64,000 nucleotides of DNA from the NCBI GenBank assembly GCA_963783375.1, contig CAWANH010000029.1, forward strand, positions 672,001 through 736,000, written 5' to 3'. Every line of letters starts with the position of its first letter. The first letter of the stretch is position 1. The stretch comes from Candidatus Eiseniibacteriota bacterium (GTDB lineage Bacteria > Eisenbacteria > RBG-16-71-46 > JABDJR01). The position numbers and the translations under genes are program-made. Under the pieces are notes generated by a model. That model searched no databases and was not told the DNA's origin. It was given only the letters and a program-made list of their open reading frames with translations. This document shows, piece after piece, positions 47,274 through 57,460 of the stretch.

Positions 47274-47422
47274 GCCTTCGCGCCTTCGATCGGGGACGAA
47301 CGTGAGCGGCGCCGCCACGATCGGCGGCGCCGGGCTATCCGGCGAGTGTACCGCCCGGGAGGGGATTCCTCCCGGAATTTCCGGGAAAGGAGCGTTCGCC
47401 CGGCTCGAATTCCCCATTCTCG

Positions 47423-47451
47423 ATGACGGACCGGCCCGGTCCGGGTAGATT
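47423..47451 (+). promoter_or_regulatory. sigma-70 promoter, probably leaderless
   Basis: ATGACG-N17-TAGATT, 7 nt before ATG 47459. No RBS present. Confidence 0.5.
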
Positions 47452-47458
47452 AGCGGCC

Positions 47459-49522
47459 ATGAAACGCGACCTTCGTCCCCTCTTCTTTCCCAACTCCTGC
47501 GCGGTGGTGGGCGCCTCGGAGCGGGCCGGCTCCCTTCCCGGGGCCGTTCTCCGGAGCCTGGTCCGGGGAGGGTTCCCCGGCGGTATCTACCCCGTCCACC
47601 CCAAGGCGTCCACCGTTCACGGACAGCGCGCCTACCCCGACCTCGACGCGCTCCCCGCGGTTCCCGACGTCGCGGTGATCGGCGTGGCCCCCGACGCGGC
47701 GGAAGCGGCCATCGACGCCCTGGCCGGGCGCGGGACCCGGGCCTTCGTCCTCCTTACCGCGGGGTTCGGCGAGATCGGCCGGGAAGGCCGCGCCCGGGAG
47801 ACCGCCCTGGCCGAGCGTTGCCGCGCCCGCGGCGCGGTGCTCATGGGCTCCAACTGCATGGGCCTCCACACCGTGACCTCCGACTACCGGTTCGATGCCA
47901 GCTTCTCCCGGATTCTTCCCGGCCCCGGCCGGATCGCCCTCCTCTGCCAGAGCGGCTCCATCGGCGAGTGGCTGATGCTCCGGTTCGCGGAGAGGCGGCT
48001 GGGGATGGCGCTCTTCGCCAGCGTGGGGAACATGGCCGATCTGACCGTCCCCGACTTCGTGGAGGGGGTGGCCGAGCTTCTCCCCCAGGTGAACCAGGTG
48101 TTCCTCTACCTGGAGACGGTTCCCGACGCGTCGCGCCTCCGCGACGCGGTGGCGGCGCTTCGTCCCGGGACCCGGCTGGTGGTGGTGCGCGGGGGAACCA
48201 CCGGTTCGGGGCGGCGCGCGGTGGGGGGACACACCGGAGCGGTGGCGGCCGAACCTTCCCTGGCCGAAGCGCTCATGCGCGCGGTGGACGCCGAGGACGT
48301 GGTCTCGCTCTCCGAAGCGGTGGATCTCATGGAGACCACGGACCGGCTGGGCCTCCCCCGCGGCGCCCGGGCCGCGGTGATCACCAACGCCGGCGGGCCC
48401 GCGGTCCTGGCCACCGACGAGCTGGCCCGGATGGGGGTGGATCTTCCCGCGCTTTCTCCCGAGCTTCGCGGACGCCTGGCCGCCGGGCTTCCGCCGGCCG
48501 CGGTGACCGCGAACCCGGTGGACATGCTGGCCTCGGCCGCCCCCGAGGCGTACCGGGAGGTGCTGACCGAGCTCAGCCGGACCGACGAGGTGGATGTGCT
48601 CCTCCCCATCTTCATGCATCCCATCGTCACCGACGCCGCGCGGATGGCGGAGGTCTTCGCCGACGTCCTCCCCGGCGCGCCGGTTCCCTCCGTTCCCTGC
48701 TGGATGGCCGCCCCGGATGCGGCGGCGACCGGAGACGCCCTTCGGGAAGCCGGACTTCCCGTGCTCGGGGAACCGAACCGCGCCGCCCGGGCCCTGGCCC
48801 GCTGGACCCGGCGTCCCCCCGAGCCCGGAACGCCGTGGCCGGAGCCGAGACGTCCGGCCCGCTGGCCGTCCCCCGCGGCCCGTCTTCCCGGAGGAAACTG
48901 GGGCGATCCGGCGATCCTGGAAGACTTCCTCACCGGGGACCGGGTTCGTCCCGTCCCCACCCGGCGCGCCTCCGGCCGGAGCGCGGCGGCCGCCGCCGCC
49001 GCCGAACTCGGCCTTCCCCTGGCGCTCAAGATCGAACGCGGAAGCGATCCTCACAAGGCCAAGGCCGGACTCCTGGTCCTGGTCCGGACCGAGGCGGAGC
49101 TCGAGACCGGGCTCGGAGCCCTGGCCGCCCGGGAGCGCGCGGGAGATCGCTGGCTGATCCAGCGACTCGTCCCCCGCGGACCCGAGGTCTTCATCGCCTT
49201 CCTCCGACACCCCGACCTCGGCCCCTTCCTGGGCCTGGCCCGGGGCGGGAGCGCGGTGGAGCGCGGCGCGCCGCCGGTCTGGCTGTCCCTTCCCGCCGAC
49301 CTTCCCCGGGCCCGCCGGTTCTTCGAGGGGTCGGGATTCCTCCGGGAGATCGGGGAAGGGGGTGCGGAAGCGGTGCGTGATCTGGCCTCGGGGATGGCGC
49401 GCCTGGCCGCCGAGGCCCCGGAGGCGGCCATGGCCGAGATCAACCCGGCGGTGTGGGAACCGGAGACCGGTACCCTGTGGATCGTGGACGCGCGCTGGGA
49501 GCCGCGCGCCGACACTCCCTGA
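47459..49522 (+). CDS. Acyl-CoA synthetase (NDP-forming) / acetate--CoA ligase family, fused alpha-beta
   Basis: VVGAS, GSNCMG, QSGS, GHTGA (phospho-His), TNAGGPAVLATD, NPVD, and ATP-grasp LKI...HK and EINP. Confidence 0.85.
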   Translation: MKRDLRPLFFPNSCAVVGASERAGSLPGAVLRSLVRGGFPGGIYPVHPKASTVHGQRAYPDLDALPAVPDVAVIGVAPDAAEAAIDALAGRGTRAFVLLTAGFGEIGREGRARETALAERCRARGAVLMGSNCMGLHTVTSDYRFDASFSRILPGPGRIALLCQSGSIGEWLMLRFAERRLGMALFASVGNMADLTVPDFVEGVAELLPQVNQVFLYLETVPDASRLRDAVAALRPGTRLVVVRGGTTGSGRRAVGGHTGAVAAEPSLAEALMRAVDAEDVVSLSEAVDLMETTDRLGLPRGARAAVITNAGGPAVLATDELARMGVDLPALSPELRGRLAAGLPPAAVTANPVDMLASAAPEAYREVLTELSRTDEVDVLLPIFMHPIVTDAARMAEVFADVLPGAPVPSVPCWMAAPDAAATGDALREAGLPVLGEPNRAARALARWTRRPPEPGTPWPEPRRPARWPSPAARLPGGNWGDPAILEDFLTGDRVRPVPTRRASGRSAAAAAAAELGLPLALKIERGSDPHKAKAGLLVLVRTEAELETGLGALAARERAGDRWLIQRLVPRGPEVFIAFLRHPDLGPFLGLARGGSAVERGAPPVWLSLPADLPRARRFFEGSGFLREIGEGGAEAVRDLASGMARLAAEAPEAAMAEINPAVWEPETGTLWIVDARWEPRADTP

Positions 49523-49791
49523 ACGGTCGCTCGTTTCGCCCACTCCTCGCGGGGAGTGGCGTTCGGCGGGAAAATCGGAGCAAAATCGGCGGATCTCAGC
49601 CGGTGCGGTTATCCGGTGCCGGACAGGCGCCTAGCCCCTCCGGGTTCGGAGCCGACCCGGACCCGCTCCGGAATTCGGGGCGAATCCCCCATCCCAACCC
49701 GGCCCGGATCGACCCGAGTCCCGCACCCGGATTCAGCTAACCCGCTATCCCCCTTGAGCTTTTGCCCCCGCCAGCCCTCCCGACCCGGAAT

Positions 49792-49807
49792 TGGTCGCCC
49801 CCTTGCT
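49792..49807 (+). promoter_or_regulatory. sigma-54 (-24/-12) promoter
   Basis: TGG-TCGCCCCCTT-GCT with the exact GG-N10-GC spacing, about 85 nt upstream of the PilX-like ATG. Confidence 0.6.
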
Positions 49808-49892
49808 CTATCACCGCACCGAACGCCCCGTAGCTGGATTCGACAGGAGCGACTCATCCGGGACCCGGATGCACGGAGGAAGGGAGAACCAC

Positions 49893-51179
49893 ATGAACGC
49901 CACCAACCAATATCCCGACCGGCGAGCCGAACGCGGCAGCGCCATGGTCATCTCGCTGCTCGTGCTCATGGTCCTCACCATGATCGGGACCCTCTTCCTG
50001 GCCCAGACCAAGACCGAGACCCAGATCTCCGGCCACGACATGCGATCCACCCAGGCCCTCTACAACTCCGAGGCCGGTTGCGCCGAGGCCCTGGCCCGGA
50101 TGAGCGACATGTCCGACACCGTCAACTACGTCGGCCCGGCCCAGGGGGCATGGACCAGCGAGCCGGGGTGGGGCGCCTACATCGTTCTGGCCAACGGGAA
50201 CTCCGCCGGGGATCCCGACGTCGCCGACGCCGCCTCGGACGGGTTGGACAACGACGGCGACGGTTCGGTGGACGAGGACGGCGAGCGCTACCCCGAGGTG
50301 GCCACCAAGCAGACCGGCAACGACATGATCGACTACGACTGGGTCAAGGTCCGCTACAAGCTGAACGGCACCAATCAGGTCATCCTCTTCGGCGACCACG
50401 ACGACGACCTGACCACGCCGCCGCGGGAGAACCTCACGACGGGGGCGCCGGTCCTCCTCATCTCCGCCAGCGGGGCGCAGGGTTCGGCGAACCGCATCGT
50501 GGAGATCGAAGCGGTGAAGGTGCCCTTCCAGATCGTGAGGGCCGCCATCTACACCGAAAGCGACGACTTCAAGTTCAACGGCACCCAGTTCCTGGTCAGC
50601 GGCAAGGATTGGGACCCGGTCACCGATTCCGAGATCTTCGGCAACACCGAGGTTCCGGGCATCGCCACCACCGGCGCCCCGTCCAACATCGCTGGTGAGC
50701 TGAAGAGCAACCAGCAGAACAACGTGGAAGGCGACGGGAGCGAGCCCTCGGTGCAGAGCGCGCCGGTGGACATGGATCTCCAGGCCATGGCCGATCAGTA
50801 CGCGCCCCTCGCCACCATGACCCTTTCCGGCGGCACCTACAGCAACGTAGGCTGGGGGGACTACGACCACTACGAAGTCGTCCACGTGACCGGTGATCTT
50901 CACGTCTCCGGCGGCGGCATCGGGGGCGGGATCCTGGTGGTCGATGGGGACCTCATCTGCTCCGGCCAGTTCACCTGGTACGGCTTGGTGCTGATCCTGG
51001 GACAGATCGACTTCACCGGCGGCGGCGCCGGCATCCACCTCTACGGTTCCTGCCTCACCCAGGGCGGGATCGCCAGCCAGATCGTGGGTGGGAACGCCGA
51101 CGTCAAGTACTCCAGCGAGGCCTTGAACCGCCTGACCCAGCTCTCCCCCTACACCATCTCCGCCTGGCACGAGCTCTAG
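49893..51179 (+). CDS. PilX N-terminal domain (minor type IV pilin-like) protein
   Basis: Class III signal ERG/SAMVISLLVLMVLTMIG, QALYNSEAG, Ca-binding-like DGLDNDGDGSVDE and a Gly-rich beta-solenoid-like C-terminus. Confidence 0.8.
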   Translation: MNATNQYPDRRAERGSAMVISLLVLMVLTMIGTLFLAQTKTETQISGHDMRSTQALYNSEAGCAEALARMSDMSDTVNYVGPAQGAWTSEPGWGAYIVLANGNSAGDPDVADAASDGLDNDGDGSVDEDGERYPEVATKQTGNDMIDYDWVKVRYKLNGTNQVILFGDHDDDLTTPPRENLTTGAPVLLISASGAQGSANRIVEIEAVKVPFQIVRAAIYTESDDFKFNGTQFLVSGKDWDPVTDSEIFGNTEVPGIATTGAPSNIAGELKSNQQNNVEGDGSEPSVQSAPVDMDLQAMADQYAPLATMTLSGGTYSNVGWGDYDHYEVVHVTGDLHVSGGGIGGGILVVDGDLICSGQFTWYGLVLILGQIDFTGGGAGIHLYGSCLTQGGIASQIVGGNADVKYSSEALNRLTQLSPYTISAWHEL

Positions 51180-51293
51180 GCCGCATCTCCCCGGTTATCC
51201 GAACGCGCCCGCGGGGCGGCTACGGCCGCCCCGCTTCGCGTTCCGGCGTTCTCCCGCGCCGCGGCCGACGGAGCCCGTCCCCGCGCCCGGCGG

Positions 51294-52658
51294 TCAACCT
51301 CGCTCGGTCTTCCCGCTGAAGTGGAACTTCCCGAGGTGCATGGTGGGCATGGTGAGGGCGCCGGTGTCGGCGGTGGCCGACCACCACGAGGCCACCGGGG
51401 TCCGCTCCCGGGAGATCCCGCGCACGTCGTTCAGGGCTTCCACCAGGCTCTGGGTGAACCGGAGGTTTCCCACCGCCCCCCTGATCCGCCCGTCCTCGAT
51501 GAGGAACGTGCCGTCCCGGGTCATCCCGGTCATGAGCGCCCGCCGGGTGTCGAGGAACCCGTTCACGTAGTGGAACCGGGTCACCAGGAGCCCCCGCTCG
51601 ACCCGCGCCGGCATCTCCGCCGCGCCCAGCGTCCCGGGTTCGAAGAAGAGGTTCATGGGTACCGGGTCCGAGCCCTCGTTGGACGGGAGGACGGCGTGGG
51701 CGGTGCTCTCGCGCCCCATCCTCCCCGCCCACACCGAGTCGGTCCCGAAGGACCGGGCGATCCCCTTCTCGATCAGGTTCACCCGTCGTTTGGGCTGTCC
51801 CTCGAAATCGAAGGGGGTGGGCATTCCGGCGTCCTCGATCGCGTCGTCGTAGAGGGTCACCTCGGGCCCCAGGAGCGGCTGCCCGATCCGTCCGGCCAGG
51901 GCCGAGGTCTTCTCGTGCACCCCGCGGGCGCTCAGGCAGGTGAAGGTCATCCACTCCATGAGCTCGGCCATGGCGGGCGGCTCCAGGATGACCTCGTAGG
52001 TCCCCGGTTCGAGGGCGAGGGGGCGGGCCCCGTCCAGGCACTTGCGGATGGCGATCTCCCCCAGCCGCGCGAAGTCGAGTTCGGCGACGTCGCGGCTCAG
52101 CCCCGTCGCGTACCCGGAGGCGTTCTCCCCCAGCGCCACCAGGTTGGTGGATGCGCTGGTGAGGGGAGCGTAGGCGGCCACGCCCCTGGTGTTGGCCACC
52201 GCCAGCTCCTTCTCCGCGGTCCGGTACGCACCGGCCACCTGGAGATCGTGCCGGCGGGCGGCGTCGAAAACTGACTTGAGCGCCTTCGCGCGCTCTTCGG
52301 GCCCCACGCGGGCGGTTCGCTCCACGTGGCTCCGCGCCTCGGGAATGGCCCGGGGACCGGGAAGACCGCCGAAGGCGGGGTCGGGAGGGGCGAAGCGGGC
52401 CAGGGCCGCCGCGTCGGCCAGGACCCGCGAGGCGGTTTCGGGAGAGAGGCCGTGGGCGGAGGCGCGCCCGGCGCGCCCGTCCACGATCACCCGGGCCACC
52501 AGGAGCGCGTCCTCGACACAGACGTTCTGGTGGATCACCGAGTTGGCGCAGCGGCTGACCTCGTTCCGTCCCGCCACCGCCACCAGCTCGGCCTCGTCTC
52601 CCGCCGCCCCGACCAGGGCCGCGCTCAAGGTGGTGAGAATCCGGTCGCGGCCGATCAT
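51294..52658 (-). CDS. tldE: TldE/PmbA family protein
   Basis: ANSVIHQNV, LEPGTYEVILEP, FDFEG and TGMTRDGTFLIEDG. No HExxxH motif. Coupled to tldD. Confidence 0.85.
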   Translation of the reverse strand: MIGRDRILTTLSAALVGAAGDEAELVAVAGRNEVSRCANSVIHQNVCVEDALLVARVIVDGRAGRASAHGLSPETASRVLADAAALARFAPPDPAFGGLPGPRAIPEARSHVERTARVGPEERAKALKSVFDAARRHDLQVAGAYRTAEKELAVANTRGVAAYAPLTSASTNLVALGENASGYATGLSRDVAELDFARLGEIAIRKCLDGARPLALEPGTYEVILEPPAMAELMEWMTFTCLSARGVHEKTSALAGRIGQPLLGPEVTLYDDAIEDAGMPTPFDFEGQPKRRVNLIEKGIARSFGTDSVWAGRMGRESTAHAVLPSNEGSDPVPMNLFFEPGTLGAAEMPARVERGLLVTRFHYVNGFLDTRRALMTGMTRDGTFLIEDGRIRGAVGNLRFTQSLVEALNDVRGISRERTPVASWWSATADTGALTMPTMHLGKFHFSGKTERG

Positions 52659-54115
52659 TTCGACACCCCCACGCGGACGTTCTCGAACCGGGCGGGAGGA
52701 GCGCCGTGGCTCACGTGCATGACCTGCATCGGCTCCCCCTTGCCGCAGGACGGAAGCCCGGTCAGGAGCCAGTCCTCCCGGCCCCCCACCGCGGTGCATC
52801 CGCCCCAGAAGCGCGGCGTGATCCCGGTGTAGACCGGGTTCTTGAGCAGGCGGATCCGCTTCCCCCGCTTGATCTCCCAGGCCGCCTCCAGGCCGAACTG
52901 GAAGTTCAGACGGATGTCGTCGATGCTCCAGGACTTGTTGGTGGTCATGTAGATCCCGTCCTTCACCTCGGAGAGGATCTCCTCCAGCGTCCCTTCGCCC
53001 GGCTCCAGGTTCACGTTCACCATCCGGATGAGGGGGAGGTGGGACCAGCTCTCGGCCCGCATGGTCCCGCCCGAGGCCCCCAGCCCCACCGCCGGGGCGG
53101 TCTCCCGCGAGGTGAGGTATCCCACGTGAATTCCCTTCTCCACCAGCGGGGTCCGTCCCGCCGGCACTCCCTCATCGTCCCACCCGAACGTGCCCAGCCC
53201 CCCGGGGGTGGTGGAGTCCGCGGTGAGGTTCACCAGGGGGGAGCCGTAGCGGAGCGTCCCCAATCCTCCGATTCCCATGAAGCTCCCGCCGGCCAGGGAG
53301 ATCTCGGTTCCCAGCACGCGGTCGAGCTCGGTGGGATGCCCGCAGGACTCGTGGATCTGAAGTCCCACCTGATCGGCCCCCAGGACCAGGGTGGTCTCGG
53401 CGCCCGGGCAGTCGGGGGCGACGCAGAGCGCCGCCGCCTCCTCGGCCACCCGCGGGGCGTGGTCGGGCAATTCCATGTCGGCGACGAATTCATATCCGGC
53501 CGCCCTGAAATTTCCGCGAAAGGAATTGGGATAGGAACGGCGCTGAACCTCGTCGTCGACCCGGGCGGTGGCCACGATCCCTCCCCCCGATTCGGTCGTT
53601 TCCTGCCGGATCTCCGTTCCCTCGGTGGAATGGAGCTCCCTCGCGAACCGGAAGAAGTCCATCGAGGCCTCGGCCGCGATCACCCGGGGATGGGCCTGCA
53701 TCGCCTCCACCGACCGGACCAGCAGGTCGACCTTCCGGTCCAGGGGAACGCCGAAGGGATCGATTCCGTAGGCGGACTTCCATTCCCCCCGGGCGGGCTC
53801 CACCGGGGCCAGGCGCACCTTCCCCCCCCCGGCCGAAGCGGAGGCCCGGGCCACCGCGGCCGCCCGCGCCACCGTGGTACGCATCGCATCCCCGGTTTCC
53901 GTCGCGGAAGCGGCGAACCCCCACGCTCCGTCGAGGAGCACCCGCACCCCGAACCCCCGGTCCGAACCACGGAGCGCGGTCTCCAGGATGCCGTTTCTCA
54001 CCAACAGGCTTTCGGTGCGCGTCTCCACGTGGCGGACGTCCCCGTACTCCGCACCCGCCTCCCGGAGGAGTTTCACCCCCAGACGCAGAAGGTCACCGAC
54101 CGGAATCGCTCCCAT
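52655..54115 (-). CDS. tldD: TldD metalloprotease
   Basis: GAWGFA, HESCGHPTELDR, WDDEG and CGKGEP. Confidence 0.92.
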   Translation of the reverse strand: MGAIPVGDLLRLGVKLLREAGAEYGDVRHVETRTESLLVRNGILETALRGSDRGFGVRVLLDGAWGFAASATETGDAMRTTVARAAAVARASASAGGGKVRLAPVEPARGEWKSAYGIDPFGVPLDRKVDLLVRSVEAMQAHPRVIAAEASMDFFRFARELHSTEGTEIRQETTESGGGIVATARVDDEVQRRSYPNSFRGNFRAAGYEFVADMELPDHAPRVAEEAAALCVAPDCPGAETTLVLGADQVGLQIHESCGHPTELDRVLGTEISLAGGSFMGIGGLGTLRYGSPLVNLTADSTTPGGLGTFGWDDEGVPAGRTPLVEKGIHVGYLTSRETAPAVGLGASGGTMRAESWSHLPLIRMVNVNLEPGEGTLEEILSEVKDGIYMTTNKSWSIDDIRLNFQFGLEAAWEIKRGKRIRLLKNPVYTGITPRFWGGCTAVGGREDWLLTGLPSCGKGEPMQVMHVSHGAPPARFENVRVGVSK

Positions 54116-54170
54116 GAACGCCGTCCTTTCCCGCCGACCGAAGGCGGCCGGATCCCGTTGTTCGACGGGT

Positions 54171-55109
54171 CTACCCGCGTCCCCCGAGACTCTCGAAGGG
54201 CTCGGTCACGCCGAGCACGCAGGCCACCCGACCGCATTCCACCGACTCCAGCTGAAGGGTGGTGTGGCTGATCCCGAAATCCCGCTGGAGCAGGGCCTTC
54301 GCCTCGGCGAGAATCCGATCCGTCTCCCCCAAACGCTCCGGCTGGACCCTCAGGTGGCCGGAAAGGGCATGGACGCCGGAGGTGAGGCTCCACACGTGGA
54401 GGTCATGAATGCCGTCCACTCCCTCCAGCTCGGTGACCGCCTCCCCGAGCCGGCGAAGGTCCACCTCGGGAGGCGTGGACTCCAGCAGCACCGACACCGA
54501 CTCGCGCAGAAGCCGGTAGGCCCCGTACACCACCACCCCGGCCAGGAGCACGCTCACCGCGGGGTCGATCCACCACCGTGAGGTGAGAGCCATCAGCCCC
54601 GCCGCGCCGAGGACCAGGACCGAGCTCGCCCCGTCCGAAACGGCGTGCCAGAGCGCGCCCCGGGTGCTGAGCCCCCCGCGGGCCCGGCTCAGCCACCAGA
54701 TCACCACCAGGTTCACCGCGAGCCCCGCCGCGGCCACCGGAGCCAGGATGTCCACCTTGACCTCGGGGGGGGAGCCGAATCGCCGCCACGCCTCCACCAG
54801 GATGCCCAGGGCCACCAGGGCCAGGAGCACCCCGTTGGCCATGGCGCTCAGGATCTCGAGGCGGTAGTAGCCGAAGCTGCGTTTGCGGTCGGCGGGGCGG
54901 GTGGCGAAACGGATCGCCGCCCCGGCCAGGGCCAGAGCGAGGATGTCGGTGAGCATGTGCCCGGCATCGGAGAGAAGGGCCAGGGAATTGGCGAGGATCC
55001 CGCCAACCACCTCGATTCCGAAGAGCAGGACGGTCACCACCAACGCCCGCCGGAGCGCTCGTCCTTCGTCCAGGGAGCTGGCCCGAGGATGATGGCGATG
55101 AGAGGTCAT
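54171..55109 (-). CDS. Cation diffusion facilitator (CzcD/ZitB-type)
   Basis: SLALLSDAGHMLTD, FGYYRLE, HAVSD, HDLHVW and HTTLQLE. Confidence 0.93.
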   Translation of the reverse strand: MTSHRHHPRASSLDEGRALRRALVVTVLLFGIEVVGGILANSLALLSDAGHMLTDILALALAGAAIRFATRPADRKRSFGYYRLEILSAMANGVLLALVALGILVEAWRRFGSPPEVKVDILAPVAAAGLAVNLVVIWWLSRARGGLSTRGALWHAVSDGASSVLVLGAAGLMALTSRWWIDPAVSVLLAGVVVYGAYRLLRESVSVLLESTPPEVDLRRLGEAVTELEGVDGIHDLHVWSLTSGVHALSGHLRVQPERLGETDRILAEAKALLQRDFGISHTTLQLESVECGRVACVLGVTEPFESLGGRG

Positions 55110-55149
55110 GGTGATGGCTCTGAAGCTGTGGAAGTTACCAAAACACTTG

Positions 55150-55180
55150 ACTATAGGCTGTCGGCGGGGCAACGTGTCAA
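55150..55180 (-). promoter_or_regulatory. Possible sigma-70 promoter for the CDF gene
   Basis: TTGACA-N19-TATAGT. The spacer is longer than usual. Confidence 0.45.
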
Positions 55181-55373
55181 GGCGGTCGGGGGGACGCGGA
55201 GGACGTTCCGGGCTCCCCGGGAGCGCCGGGAAGGGCCGGGGCCGGCCCTGGGCCGGCCGATCAAGGAGGGCAGAAACCGGGCAGGCCCAACGAACCGACC
55301 CCGGCGAATGCGCCGCACACGCTCAAGAGATTGTACCATCAAAACCCACATGCGGTTCCGTACGTGAGTTCAT

Positions 55374-56417
55374 TTGAAGTCTGAACGCCGCTTCCCGGCC
55401 CGCGCGCCGGGACCCAGCGCCCCCGTGACCTTCGGGCGGATCCTCGTGATCCTGGTCGCCTTCTTCGCCGTCGCGGTGGCCGGGTTCATGTTCCTGGAGC
55501 GCCTCCCTCTCGACGACGCGATCTACCTGGCGGTGGCCACCATGACCACGGTGGGTTATGGCGACATCGTCCCGGGGACCCCGGCGGGGCGGTGGTTCAC
55601 CGTCGTGGTGATGCTGGGCGGGGTGAGCATCGGGTTCTACGCGGTAGGCACCCTGGCCGCTCTCCTGGTGGAGGGACGGCTCGGTCGTCTGGTGGAGGAG
55701 CGCCGCATGCGGAAACAGATCGAGGATCTCCGGGACCACTTCGTGATCTGCGGCTTCGGCGAGGTGGGAGTCCGCCTGGTTTCGGAGCTGGTCAGGTCCG
55801 AGGCCCCCTTCGTGGTCGTGGAGCGCGACCCGTCGCGCGCCCAGGCCGCGCGGGACGAGGGGTACCTGGTGGTGGAAGGGGACGCCACCGACGACGCGGT
55901 CCTGGCCCAGGTCCGGGTGGAGCGGGCCCGGGGGTTGGCCACGGTGATCAACGACGACGCCGAGAACCTCTACATCACCGCCAGCACCCGTGCCCTGAAC
56001 CCGTCGATAGCCATCGTGGCCCGCGGGTCCCGCCTTCGCGGCCGGCGCTATCTCACCCAGGCCGGAGCCACCAGCGTGGTCTACCTGGACGACCTGGGGG
56101 CGATCCGCATGGCCCGGTCCCTCATGCACCCCGACGTGGTGACCTTCCTCGAGGAGATGATGTCCCCGGCCCGCGGCGATGCCCAGCTCGAGGCGATGAA
56201 GCTCCCGCCGGGATGTCCGGCGGCGGGAAAGACCCTGAAGGAGCTGAACCTCCGGGCCCGGCTGGGGATCCAGGTCCTGGCGGTGAAGCGCGAGGGGCGC
56301 TACCTGGCCAATCCCGCCCCCGAGGAGAAGCTCCGGGGCGAGGACGTGCTTCTGGTGGTGGGCCCTCGGGACCAGATCATCCGCCTCGAGGCGGAGTTGG
56401 ACCGGGGAGGGACCTAG
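55374..56417 (+). CDS. Potassium channel with RCK (TrkA-N/TrkA-C) domains
   Basis: Selectivity filter TTVGYGD, ICGFGEVG and GDATD. Start may be the GTG at 55425. Confidence 0.93.
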   Translation: MKSERRFPARAPGPSAPVTFGRILVILVAFFAVAVAGFMFLERLPLDDAIYLAVATMTTVGYGDIVPGTPAGRWFTVVVMLGGVSIGFYAVGTLAALLVEGRLGRLVEERRMRKQIEDLRDHFVICGFGEVGVRLVSELVRSEAPFVVVERDPSRAQAARDEGYLVVEGDATDDAVLAQVRVERARGLATVINDDAENLYITASTRALNPSIAIVARGSRLRGRRYLTQAGATSVVYLDDLGAIRMARSLMHPDVVTFLEEMMSPARGDAQLEAMKLPPGCPAAGKTLKELNLRARLGIQVLAVKREGRYLANPAPEEKLRGEDVLLVVGPRDQIIRLEAELDRGGT

Positions 56418-56477
56418 CCCGACCCGTTCATGAGGCCGTGTCGCGAGGGGGAGCGGATGGCCGTCAGGTCGCGCGCC

Positions 56478-57460
56478 TCATCCCCCCCGGAGACCGGAGC
56501 CGGTGAGCCAGGCCAGGACGGGGTCGCCTTCCCCCCCGCCCGCATGCGGCGCACCCCGGCCTCGGCCGCCGCCGCCGCCCGCTCCGCGGCCACCCCGCGC
56601 CGTCCCAGGGCCTGGTGGGCGCCGGCGATCTCCGCTTCGGTCACCTCGATCACCTCTCCCCGGTGGCGTTCCAGGACGGCCAGGATCTCCTCGCGGCGCG
56701 GCGGGTCGGCGATCCCGATTCCCGCGGCCTCGGTGCGGCCGGTCCCCCCCGGTGCGCGGAGACCCGGGCACGCTTCGGCCTGGACCGCGATCAACCGGAT
56801 GTCCTCGCCGATGCCCGCTCGGGCCAGGACCAGCGCCAGCCCCAGAAGGAGCGACCCGTTTCCAACCGGGACCACCCAGATCCGCGGCGGGGATCCGCCG
56901 CACTGTCGGAGCGCCTCGACCCCGCTCTGGGCCGTTCCCTCGAGGAAGGCGGGGTGGAAGACGTGGCTGAAGTAGAACTCGCGCTCGGCGGCCTCCAGGG
57001 CCCGGGCCGAGGCGGCACCGCGGTTCCCGGCGGCCACCACCACGGCCCCCAGGACCTCCAACGCCTCCCGCTTGGCCCGGGGCAGGGCGCCGGGGGCGTG
57101 GACGGTGAGCGGGAGCCGGCACCGCGCCGCGGCCGAGGCCGCGGCCAGGGCCGCGCTCCCCGAGGAATCGAGCACCAGGCTCCGGGCCCCCGACCGCTCG
57201 GCCACCGCGGCCAGGACCGTCGCCCCGCGGTCCTTGAAGGACCCGGTGCCGTTCAGGTCCTCCCGTTTCCACCAGAGATCGTGATCCATCGGATCCGGCC
57301 AGAGGGGCACCGGCTCGATCACGCCCTCCTCCTCCACCCCCGGGGCCGGATAGAGCTCGGGGGCCGCGGCCGACCATAGCCCGCCGCAGAGACAGCGCAC
57401 GGGCCAGGTGGGACCGGTCCGTCCCTCACGGCCGCAGGACCGGCATACCAGGTCGTTCAT
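56478..57460 (-). CDS. PLP-dependent fold-type II enzyme, threonine-synthase-like paralogue (frameshift at 56531-56537)
   Basis: TGSFKDRG, DSSGSA and PVGNGSLL. One extra G restores the conserved C-terminal VLAWLTGSGL ending at 56478. Confidence 0.8.

Noticed and set aside
51294-54115. tldDE as a sign of a RiPP/microcin cluster
   Set aside because: No precursor peptide, YcaO or radical SAM gene is nearby. It looks like a housekeeping pair.
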